Part shown: positions 37,540 through 48,467 of the stretch, piece by piece
Numbering within the stretch: position 1 is the first letter of the stretch
How the letters are laid out: each line of letters opens with the position of its first letter
DNA from: Anthoceros angustus
Lineage: Eukaryota > Plantae > Anthocerotophyta
Assembly (NCBI GenBank): GCA_010909165.1
Contig: VJWM01000117.1
Coordinates: forward strand, 558,001 to 622,000
Length of the DNA stretch: 64,000 nt
Reading direction: 5' to 3'
Program-made: the position numbers and the translations under genes
The notes under the pieces: model-generated
What the model was told of the DNA's origin: nothing
Seen by the model: only the letters and a program-made list of their open reading frames with translations
Databases searched by the model: none

Positions 37540-38340
37540 CTCAAAAACGTTTCCCCCTTCGACCAAGCCTTTCCTCATCGTGAGACGTCTCAATAATTTC
37601 TCACTTCGGCCCTGCCGTTCTCCTCATTGCGAGAAGTCTCAAATTTGTCATTTCGGCCAAGCCTTCCCTTTCTCCTCGTCGCGAGAAGTCAGACAGTTAC
37701 CACTTCGGCCAAGCTTTTCTCCTCATCACAAGAAGTCTCAAATTTCTCAATTCGGCCGAGGGTTTCCTCAGATTTCTCTCCGGGGGCAACCCTTTCCTCA
37801 TCGCGAGAAGTCTCGATGTGCTCACTTCGGCCATGCCTTTCCTCATCGCAAGAGGTCGCAATGTCCTCACTTTGGCCATGCCTTTCCCCATCGCAAGAGG
37901 TCGCAATGTTCTCACTTTGGCCATGCCTTTCCTCATCGCGAGACGTCTCAATTTTCTCACTTCGGCCCTTCCTCTTCGCGAGACGTACAATCTACGTCTC
38001 CATATTTTTTCACCTTGACCAAGCCTTCGTCCATATACCGAGAGCAGGAAGTCGAGTCGCTAGGACTCTCAATGAAACGCGCGATTCCAGGTTTCCCTTG
38101 TCGGGCAAGCCTTCCATCATCGCGAGACGTCTCAGGTTTCTCGGTTCGGCAAAGTTTTTTTCGTCATCGGGAGAAAACACAATTTTCTCCCTTCGGCCAA
38201 GGCTTTTTCCTCGAGACGTGTCAGTTTTCACCATCGCGAGACGTCTCAGTTTTCATCATCGCGAGACGTCTCAGTTTGCCTCCTCCGGCAAAGCGTTCCT
38301 TCCTCTACGGAGAGCAGCAGTCTAATCGAGACGTCTCGTG
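37540..38340. repeat. Degenerate tandem repeat (45-bp core period) rich in TCGCGAGA/GAGACGTCTC, between divergent genes
   Basis: TTTCC(T/C)CATCGC at 37793, 37838, 37883 and 37928 (45-bp spacing). Seven exact TCGCGAGA copies lie between 37679 and 38266. Confidence 0.85.
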
Positions 38341-38386
38341 TGCTTTCCCGGGCGATGATCTTAGGTTTTCGGTAGCCTGCGGCGCT

Positions 38387-39988
38387 ATGTCGGAAGATGC
38401 AGCAGGTCGCAAGCCTGGCAAATTGGTTCTCCTGATCCTGGTTGGAGTGCCTGGCAGCGGCAAGAGCACGTTCTGCTCTGGCCTACTGGACAAGCCGTCC
38501 CGCCCTTGGGTGCGGATTTGCCAGGTTTTGCTGCCTACTGTCCTCGCATATGGAGTTTGTGTGAAGCTGGCGAGCTATGTGGGGATTTTGCTGGTAAGCG
38601 GATTTTGGATGTGTGTGCGAGGATGTTGCTGGTAACCGGATTTTGGATGTGCGCAGGATGTGATATCCACTGGGAAACGGGGCCGGAGTGAGGATGGAAG
38701 TGAAGCAACTCCAGCAGGGAAGCCTGGAACCAAACAGCAGTGTCTGAGGCAGGCTGCAATAGCGCTCGCTGAAGGATCCAGTGTTGTGGTGGATCGGTGC
38801 AATATTGACAAGAAGCAGCGGGTGGAATTTGTGGATCTGGCTAGGAAAGCTGGTGCAGAGATGCATGCCGTGGTGCTGAGCTACCCGGCGAAGGTTTGCG
38901 TGGAGCGTGCTATGAAGCGGGTTGCGCATGAGGGAGGCTTGAAAGGTCCTACTGCAGCACCGGTGGTGTATAGGATGGCCAAGGGGCAGGAGTATCCTGA
39001 TAGCGCCGAAGGATTCGTTCGGGTAACGTTTTGCTCTACGGATGGTGAGGTAGCGGATGTTTTGGCTCTGTACAATCAGCTTGAGTCTGCTGGTTGTCTG
39101 CCTTTGGGAGTGTTTGGTACAGTGCCTTTGCTGCCGGTGAAGAAGCAGGACGCCTCCGCACCTGGACAGAAGAAGCTCCAGGCTTTCTTCCAGAAGAAGG
39201 CAGAGAAGAAGGAAAACAGCTGCAGTGTGGGGGAAGATAAGAGCTCCTGTGGTGCAGCAGATGGGGCGGAGTCATTGGCCTTCCCTTCGCTGTCAACCGG
39301 TGACTTCAAATTCGATCATGCCAGAGCCGCAGAAGTGATTGTGGAGACGGTGTCTGAATTTCTGGGCCAGGCTGAGAACAGAGGGCTAAAGCTGGTGCTT
39401 GTGGATGTCTCACCTGGCTCTGACATGCTCGCACGTGTCCGGGAGAAGGCAGCGGAGACGGGGTTGGACAAGGCAGGGTTCTCCACGTTTGTTGGTGATA
39501 TCACCAAGCTGAAGTCCAAGGGAGGGATTCGATGCACAGTGATTGCAAATGCTGCAAACTGGTAAATTTCGGCTCATCTGATGGTGTCTGGCTTCGTCGA
39601 TATCCCATGTTTACTCCCTTCTGATTCGGAGTGGGACTTTTGCAGGCGTTTGTCACCAGGCGGCGGGGGTGTCAACGTTGCAATATACAAAGCGGCTGGC
39701 AAGGAGCTAGATACTGCAACGAAGCAGAAGGCCAAAACACTCAGTCCGGGAAAAGCACTTGCTGTCCTTCTGCCATTATCGTCTCCACTGCGTCGGGATG
39801 AAGGTGTTACGCATGTGATTCATGTGGTCGGTCCCAACATGAACCCCGATCGGCCGAATTGTCTGAATGGGGATGTGGTGCAAGGTTGTAAGTTGCTGCG
39901 AGAAGCTTATCAGAATCTGTTCAAGTGCTTTGCTCAAACAGCCCGGTCTCATCCTCCCAACTTCAGCAAACGGCAGAAGAAAAACTGA
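38387..39988 (+). CDS. Aprataxin/bHLH140-like protein: P-loop kinase (AAA_33) plus macro domain; HIT/zinc-finger part absent; introns ~38525-38656 and ~39563-39645
   Basis: LILVGVPGSGKSTF (Walker A), VVVDRCN, LAFPSLSTGDFKFD, FVGDIT, VIANAANW|RLSPGGGGVN.AIYKAAG, HVIHVVGPNMNP; stop at 39988. Confidence 0.85.
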
Positions 39989-40832
39989 ACAGATTATGCC
40001 AACAAGATGGCGAACCTGCGGCTTCCAACTGGCCTCCTCGGATATGGTGGATACTTTTTGAAGACAAGATGGCCCAGTCCGGAGGGAGTCCCATCTTGCT
40101 TGGGGTGCCCATCAAGCAAGATACCATTACCTATCCCATATTGTTGACGGAAGGAGGACAGGTGAAGTGTTGATAGAGATGCCCACAGGAAGATACTGAC
40201 TGGATGTCGGTCGTTATAAGACTGCAGACTTGACGCTATGTGAGGAATCCTACGCCGGTGGGTCCGGAATGCGACTATTCCTGGCTGGGTCATTCTTTGT
40301 TTCTTTCGGGGGTGCACTGGGAGACTTCCCTTCCATCCCACATCTTGGGCACCAAACGGATATTCATCAGACTGTTGCTGTGACAGCTTGCCTTGGGCTG
40401 GAGGCTATCTCTCTGTGTGGGCTTTGCTTCAGTTCCGTGGGCAGATTCTTTGTACATAGCCGACTCCTGCATTTCTTGGAGATCTCTCTGATCTTCCGCA
40501 GCCGTGTGGATATCACTCTTGAGCCTATTTGTCATCCAATCTCTTAGAAGACGTCCCTCCAGGTGGTTGATGGATTGGGGTGCAGATTGAGGGCGGGAAT
40601 CGGGACACTTCCAAGGAGCGGAAATCGCAAGGAGATTGTGCGACATAGCTGGGAGCCGCCAAGGGAGAAAATATCTTTTGCGTTGCATCAAGTTTGCATG
40701 CTTCAACATCAGGAGAAGTGCGGTATCTTTGTGACGAGAACAGCGTCGTAGATCCAGATCTCAAGAGCAACGTAGGAGGTGCAGAGATGGGTCGGCTGTT
40801 GGTTGTGGATCCCAGCTAGGTGGTGTGCACAA

Positions 40833-41879
40833 ATGGACCGGCTCTTGGTTGTGGATTCTAAGGAATTGACACTATGGTTCGAGCTGGGTAGGAAGTCAAC
40901 GGGAGTGTTCCGCATTAGCAATGTGATGCACACCATGCCAGTGGCATTCAAGGTCCACACCACCGCGCCCAAGGCTTACAGCGTGAAGCCGTCAGTGGGC
41001 ATCATCCCTCCCCTGGGCTCCCTGACACTGGACGTGGTGATGTACCCCCAGAAGACGCTGCCGGAATCCGGGTACCCCATCAGCGAGGACAAGTTCGTGG
41101 TGAAAAGCGTGGTGGTGCCAGGGGGTCTGTCGGCCAACCGGTCCGTCTCCCCGGACTGGTTCTCCCCCGGCAAGAAGCATGTGTTTGCAGACGGCCACTT
41201 GCGTGTGGTGTTTGTAGGCGGCGTCATCTTGCGCACCCTGGTGTCGCAGGACACGAAGCACGCCATGGAGCTGGTGAGAGAGGTGAGAAGAGTCCTGTAA
41301 CACACCTCTCCCTCTCCCGTTTCCGTGCCTTTCCGTTTATGCGAATGCAGCAGACAGATTGAACGGATCCGGGAATGCGCAGGTTCTGGATAGGGATGTG
41401 GACGCAAAGGCGCTGAACGGGAAGGACGAGCAGGGGCGTACGGCCATGCACCTGGCCGTGGCCTCAGGCAGGGCGGAGCTGGTGCAAGTGCTGCTGGAAT
41501 TCGGGGCAAATCTGGAGATAAAGAACGCGCGAGGCTACACCGCCCTGCACGATGCCGCTTCTCTGGGGGAGAGCCTTATAGTGGAGCTGCTGCTGGCCAA
41601 GGGCGCGGAACCCAGCGCCTGCAACAGCCGAGGCTGGACTCCGCTGCATCTGGCCATAGCTCAGGGCCACGCGGAAGTGGCTCGCCTGTTACTCGCCAAC
41701 GGAGCCCGTTCCTCTGCCGCCCTCCAGGACGGACGTACGGCTGCCGACATGGCCCGCTCCGACCCCGTCCTCCTCAAGGTTAGTTCAAGATTCCGTTCAC
41801 ATCATTGAACCCGTTCACATGTGACCCGTTTGGCGTCCTTGCGCTCGTGCTTCAGGTAGTGCAGGAATATTCCAACTGA
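40833..41879 (+). CDS. VPYL: VAPYRIN-like protein (MSP/VAP domain plus ankyrin repeats), short form ~289 aa; exons 40833-41282, 41383-41778, 41856-41879
   Basis: MDRL...ISNVMHTMPVAFKV...YSVKPSVGIIPPL...SVVVPG...DWFSPGKKHVFAD.HLRVVFVG matches the VAPYRIN MSP domain as recalled. It is followed by three full ankyrin repeats and one partial (GRTAMHLAV, GYTALHDAA, GWTPLHLAI, GRTAAD). Confidence 0.8.
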
Positions 41880-42496
41880 AAACAAGTAGAGCCTGGCGAG
41901 ACAGTACCTACCACGCCATCCCGTACCGCAGAAGGCCGCCTTCCAATCATGTCTAGGCAATGTGGGCTCTGGAGACGGGGATTGCGGGGGCACGACATAA
42001 TTTCATTATCTTAATGTCATCACCTAATCAGGGGGTTTGCAGTTTGAGGATTGTGGGGGTGGAGAGAGTTACGTACATAGACAGGTTTTGGGAAGGGCAA
42101 GCTCGATTATCGACTCCTTCTGGAGTGGTTTTGAAGTCCACCAGCCCGAGTTCCCAACAGATTTGCTGTGTGTTTATGATGACGAAGTTGTTGATAAGGC
42201 TACAAAGTACTGCGTGTTAGGCAGGGCTAATGGCTCCTGTCAAGGTCTGTAAGTGCATTCTACAATTTGCTTTGGCGTACTTAGACTTGTCGGCAGCACG
42301 CCGACCGACCAGTAGTCTGAAAAAAATGTCCAGCAGTGGCACGGCGTTGTGATGACGGGACGGGTGCGCTGTCGACGACGGAGCCATGTCCATGTTCTTG
42401 CCGTCGGCAACGCGCGATGAGACGCGAATCACAAGTGGTGCGTGCGTTTTATTAGAAGACTTGGTTGATGAGGCTGCTCCTGCTTCTGGAGGCAAC

Positions 42497-44070
42497 ATGA
42501 ACATCTCCCTCACTGTGATGACCTTGAATCTGCGCAGGGACGGCTTGCCGGACGGCGCCAATGCCTGGCAGCACAGGAAGCATGTGTGCATCGATGTCAT
42601 CAAAAAGTACTCGCCAGTGATTGTGTGCACGCAGGAAGGTAGCCTCGCCTAGCTCGTGTGTTGATGCCGCACCTCTGTTTTGCAAGATTAGTTCTTCTGG
42701 TTGGATTGCTGGCCGAGCTCAAGCTCGAGAATTGGCGTTGGCATAAGACTAGTCCAGACAGTTTCTATCACACTCTTGTATCATCATCCCATCGTATTCC
42801 AGGCCTATGTGAAAAACTTCTTCTTCTTTCTTCCTTAGGTCTCAAGTCGCAGCTGGAGGATTTGGAGCAGGGGTTGCCAGGTTTGTGACGCCTGTTCACG
42901 ATTCTGTCGAATTTGTGTTGTGGATGTCGGGGGATTTGGAGCTCGGATTTGTGTCAAATGTGTGTTGAGCATTTCGGAGGAATCGGAGCTTGGACTTGTG
43001 TCGAATGTGTGTTGTGAATCTCGGCATTACCTCACGATCGTATCCACGGGCCTTGGGGATGGATGTTGGCCAAGCCAGGTTACGAGCAGTTCGGGAATCC
43101 GAGAAACGGGCCTGGCGACCCCGTCGATCAGCACTGCACTATCCTCTACGACGCAGACAAGGTGGAGAAGATGGAGGGAGGAACGTTCTGGCTGTCCGAC
43201 TCCCCGTCCGTTCCGGGGAGTAGGGCTTGGGGTTCCAAGGTCCCGTCCATCGTCACCTGGGTGATATCCTCCGCCGGGATCGCTGTTCGCACTTGGCTGG
43301 TCGTGAAAGCAAAGCTTTTGCTTGTGATGTTGGTTTGCCCTTGACACATGAGCTTGGCACACGTTTCTCATCAAAGGTGTGGAGCTTCCCGGATTCTGCT
43401 TCCAGGTCCTTAACACTCACCTGGACTGCACTAACAGCCGAGCTCGGTTGCGCGGGGCGTGTTTGGCCTGGCAGCATATCGAGACGCTGCCTCCATCTGT
43501 GCCGGTCATCTTCTGCGGGGACTTCTGTGCGGACAAGGCTTCACGGCCCGGCCGTTTCCTACTTGGCTTCTCAAGGTGCGCGTTGGTTACACAGCTTCTT
43601 CCTTCGTTCTGCTTTTCTGCTCTCTCACTTTGTTTTGCGCTGCAGGGAACAAGGGTTAGCTGGGGACATGAGGGATGCCTGGGCTGCCGCTCGCCATCGC
43701 CAGAACGCGCATTTGTCCTACACTTATCATGGATTTAAAGGTACAGAGAGGAGTCCACCCCGAGGAGTCCAGTCCATTGAACTTTTTTGTGTGCTCAGGG
43801 TGGGTGGCTGGCTTGCTGTATGCAGGAACGAGGAGGGGAGTCCTAGATGTGATGAAGGCAGTCTTCAGGGTGGTGTTTTTGTGCTGGGAGCGGGTGAACC
43901 AGGAGTTGCATCACGACTGGATCCTATTTCGGGGTCGGCCTCTGAACCCGGTCCACTGTGAGGTGGTGGACGATCACATCCAGGGACGCTACCCGTCCGA
44001 CCATTTCCCTGTATTTGTGCAGTTTCTCTTGCCCCGGAACGTCAGGCTGCAGGAACCAACACACAGGTGA
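42497..44070 (+). CDS. Endonuclease/exonuclease/phosphatase (DNase I-like) family protein; multi-exon (an in-frame upstream ATG at 42386 is possible)
   Basis: SLTVMTLNL, CTQE|GLKSQL, GTFWLSDSPSVPGS.AWGS, NTHLD, IFCGDF, DMRDAW, HHDWILFRG, YPSDHFPVF. Confidence 0.9.
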
Positions 44071-44130
44071 CAGCAACACCACGGCAGGGCCAATTGTGTA
44101 CAGACTTGTTAGGTGTTGAGGTTATAGCTG

Positions 44131-47100
44131 TTATCCTGTACCACCAGGAGTGAAGTTTGATGGTTCAGCAACTGATTGGATTTCTTGTAGCAACCTTGCA
44201 ATCTCTGCATGTATGTCACGAATTTGGGGATGGGATATGTCCTTCGCCAGGAAGGAATGCGTCTCACAGTCCACTTGAATGCGACTCCACCCGGGGAGCT
44301 TCTTCACTTCCCTGTCCTTCATCAGCCTCCGGACTTCAACCCCGTCATCCCACCTTCCGGCCTCCGAGTAGAACTTGGCAATGAGCACATATGCAGAGGC
44401 ATCTTCTGGGTCGAGCTCCAAGATGCGCTCAGCAGCTCGCTGAGCGAGCTCTGCATCGCCGTGGATTCTACAGGCACCGAGCAGAGATGTCCACACGCAG
44501 GCGCCTGGCGGGGAAGGCAGCCCAGCGATGAAGTCTTCTGCATCATCCAGTCGCCCGGCTCGGCTGAACATGTCCACCATGCAACCGTAGTGCACGTCCT
44601 CCGGTACCACGCCATGTTCTTCCACCACCGATCTGAACACCTCTAGGCCTTCGTCCACCAGGCCCTGGTGGCTGCAGGCTGTCAGGATGTTGATGAATGT
44701 GATGCGATCCAGCTTCACGTTCTCTTGCACCATCTGCTCCAGAAGTCTGAGAGCCTCGGTGCCGCGGCCATGCTGCGCAAATGCCAAGATCATGGCATTC
44801 CATGTTGCAGTGTCTCGGGCATGGAGCTTGCCAAACACCTGGCAAGCATCCTCCAAGCTTCCAGCCTTGGCATACATGTCCACGAGCGCAGTGCCCACAA
44901 ACACATCCCTCTCCAGCTCGCTTTGAATGACGAGGTCGTGCACCTTCCTGCCCTGCTCCAGAGCAGGCATGCTTGCACATGCAGCGAGCAAGGACACAAA
45001 GGTGACTGCATTCGGCTTCACATCCTCCTGCAGCATCTGGGGCAACAGCTGCAAGGCCAGATCAGGCTGCCCACCTTCTGCGTACCCCTTGATCATGGCA
45101 CTGAAGGAAACCACATCACGTTTTGGCAGCATGTCCAGGACCTGGCGTGCATCACCTGTGACTCCACACTTGACGTACATGTCCACCAGAGCTGGTCCTA
45201 CCAGGGGATCCAACTCCAGCCCCCATCTCACCAGATCTGCATGGACTCGGCGGCCATCTTCGAGGGCAGCAGCACTGGCGCATACGTTCAGGACAGACGT
45301 GCAGATGACAGCGTCTGGCACCACCCTTTCCTGATGCATCAGATGGAAAAGCTGCAATGCTGCTTGAGCATTTCCTCCCTGAATGTAGCCATTGATCATG
45401 GCGCACCAGGCAACCACATCATGCTTCGGCAGCATGTCGAATTCCTGCCGGGCAAGATCGGTGCTCCCGCATTTCGCATACATGTGCACCAGGCAGGTGC
45501 CCACATACAGGTCCTTGTCTAGCCCACTCATCCTGATCCGGGTGTGCACCTGCTTGCCAAACTCCAGAGCTCCCAGACTGGCACAAGCATTGAGGAGACA
45601 GACAAATGTCACCTTGTCGGGTTCAACTCCTTCCTGATGCATTTGCTGAAACAGTTCCAGTGCCTCGAGAAACAGCCCTTGCTGAGAAAGACCTTTCATC
45701 ATGGCAGTGTAGAGGACAACACTTCGCTTACAAGTGGCCTCGAACAGCTGACATGCATCCTGTATGCTGCCACACTTGGCGTACATGTCGACTAAACTGT
45801 TCTGTACGAACTCGTCCGATTGGTATCCACATCGGAACACCACCTGGTGTATATCCCTGCCCTTCTCCAGGGCATTGACAGCAGCACAAGCATTCAATGC
45901 ACAAATACAGGTGACTTGGTTTGGCCTGATTCCAGATTTCTGCAACATGTCAAAGAGCTCCAGTGCTTCCTCACCATACCCATGTTGGGCATAGGCAGCT
46001 ATCATGGCATTCCAAGATACCACATTGCGCACATTCATATTGTCAAAGACTTTGCGGGCAGCACATACACTGCTGCACTTGGAGTACATGGTTACCAGAG
46101 CATTTCCCACAAAAGTGTCTGATTCACATCCGTGCCTCTTGATGAGATCGTGAATCTTTTCACCCTTCTCCACATCTGCTGAGCCACAACAGGCACTAAG
46201 CAAACAGACAAAGGTCGTTGCATCTGGGCTGATGCCTTCCTCACACATTTTTGTAAACAGCGTCAAAGCTTCGTCTGCACCTCTGCGGCTCTGGGAGAGA
46301 GCACCAATCATGGTATTCCAAGTGACCAGATTGCGCTTTGACATTTCATCAAAGACCTCACGTGCTGAGTCCAGGCTACCACACTTTGCATACTTGGCCA
46401 ACAAGCAATTCTTCACAGAGATGTTTGTATCGCATCGTGATGAGATAATGCACGAGTGAACTTCCTGCACATCTTGCAGGCGATGCGCACAGCGCAGCAC
46501 CTTGAGAAATGTAAAGGAATTAGGCTGAACGCCTCTGTGCACCATGCTTCTAAAAACTTCAAGAGCCTGTGCTGAAAGGCCCTGTTGCTCAAGCCCTGAT
46601 ATGATAGTATTCGAGGACACCAAACTTGGTTCAGGGATCTTTTGGAACAATTCAAGTGCATTATCCACGCATTCACCTTTGACATACATGGCAAGGAGAG
46701 CACTGCTTACAGTAGGATCCAACTCCAAGCCTCTGTCCGCAAGCAGAGCGTGAACTTGCCTCCCTCTCCCTAGGGCTTCTGGGGAAGCACATGCATTCAC
46801 CATAAGGAGAAACATAGAAGTGACGTCGGCTTTTGTACCGTGCATTTCCTTCAGTCCTTCAACAAGCTGAAGAGCCTTGTCCAAGTACCCATGATCAACA
46901 AATGATTTGATGAGAGGCGTCCATGAGAGCAAGCTTTTCTTTGTCATATCGTCAAACACCTGCTGCGCGTCAACCAGACTTCCACAGCTGGCGTACATCC
47001 TGATCAGAATATTCCCCAACAGGTCCATGTTCGAACCACTCCTGATCACATGTTTGTGCACTTGCTTGCCTTCTGCAAGAGCATTCTGTCTGATGCATTC

Positions 47101-47946
47101 CTGCAAAACACGCACATAGACATCGGTAGGACAGCAGTGGCCCCTTTCAGACATGGAATCCAAAACCAGCACAGCCTCCTTCAACTGCCCTCCTTCACAT
47201 AGCCTGGTAACATTCCTGCCCACCCTGCATATGCAAACTCAGGCTTCACACATCGCTACCAATCTCAACAGAACCACAAGCCCTCAGAAATCATACATTC
47301 CAGCCTTCTTCGTACCTCCAACACTCTGCAGCTGCTCCGGAAGCCAAATGGCTGCTGTCCTTCAAACCTTGGGATGACGTGGTATGTGCCTCAGGCATTG
47401 CATCTATCTTAGCTTGAACCCAACGAGGATTCCACCGGCTGTCAATCCACAGCACCTCGTTTGTTTCCTTGTGTCTGAAATCAGGATACCTGGGGTTATT
47501 CTGAAAGAAGAAGGATCAGCAGACTGCCCAACACTGCAACCGTGGCATTCTCCCAATCCAACATCAAGGCTTGAATACCTTCCGGGGTCTGTTATCCCAC
47601 CATAGGCTCGGATTCGAGAAGAAGCTTTTCCAGAGCTGTTCCCTCACCGCCACCTTATCTGCAACAACAAGCCCACATCCAAATGCGTGACAACTGCATC
47701 TCATTCCTCCACCAAAAGATCAACAAACACTATACACATACCGCCAGCCCCCATGCCCAGCTGCTGCTGCTGTGATGGATGGCAAGAAACAGCTTGATCC
47801 TGTCCCTCTGAGCCCCGATCAGCGAAGTAGAAGCGTGGGCTCATTGTTCTCCACCGGCTCAAGCCCGAGTGAGAGACTGCGGAAGATCGTGCCATCAGCT
47901 TTCCACTCCACCTCACAGAAGGGAAGAGGGAAGGAATCCAATTCAT
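44131..47946 (-). CDS. PLS-class PPR-E+ protein with an N-terminal OSB-type PDF motif; predicted exons 47946-47742, 47658-47579, 47500-47316, 47224-44131
   Basis: The 1030-aa PPR ORF begins at a splice acceptor (ATGCAG|G). Three GT-AG introns of 83, 78 and 91 bp with matching phases (1, 0, 2) join a transit-peptide-like exon and LWKSFFSNPSLWWDNRPRK|NNPRYPDFRHKETNEVLWIDSRWNPRWV in frame. C-terminus KKLPGWSRI...SHP, no DYW. Confidence 0.85.
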
Positions 47947-48467
47947 TAATTAGGAAGGCGTTAGTCTGACCTGTGTGCCAAGTGTGTGTGACATTTGGGC
48001 AAACATCCGTTTTCTGGCGTTTTGTGCGGAATGCCATCAAGGTGAAGGATGATCAGATGATGGGCTGGGCTGGACATGGGATGGCAGTTGATGTGCTCAC
48101 TGCATCCCAATCAGAGCCGGTTTCGTTCCCCTGTGCTTGTGCGTCTCAAATCCTTAGGTCCGATGCCTGTGCTCTCCCAGTTCGAGTTGGAACTGGAGCT
48201 CGAGGGATTGCAGCAGGGAGGATCCAGTGAGACTCTGGTTGTGGACTCGGGGAGAGACACAGAAGGTTGCCAAATTAGGCAGGTGGTGCGAACTGCAGTC
48301 GGTGGGCGCATGCGGGGACTTCAGCAGCGCCAACTGTCATGGGCGATGCCCCAGGGACTGCAGTGCACCTGCAGTGGGGCGGTAGCTATGGTCCTCAAAC
48401 CGGCCTCCGATGTGTTGCACTGCCAATTGATTCAGGCTCCAGGAGCGGGACAGGATAGTTCAGGAAA

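Noticed and set aside
37790-37970. Regular 45-bp repeats as a possible CRISPR array
   Set aside because: The units are contiguous with no unique spacers, the context is eukaryotic, and there are no cas genes.
39994-40770. Minus-strand ORFs (115-139 aa) between the APTX-like and VAPYRIN-like genes
   Set aside because: No recognisable domain or consistent splice pattern; probably UTR/promoter sequence. Not excluded without RNA data.
44157-47119. Many plus-strand ORFs (e.g. 44668-45522, 284 aa) over the minus-strand PPR gene, and similar antisense ORFs over the other PPR genes (56143-56865, 59364-60149)
   Set aside because: These are shadow frames of repetitive, GC-balanced PPR coding sequence with no independent motifs.
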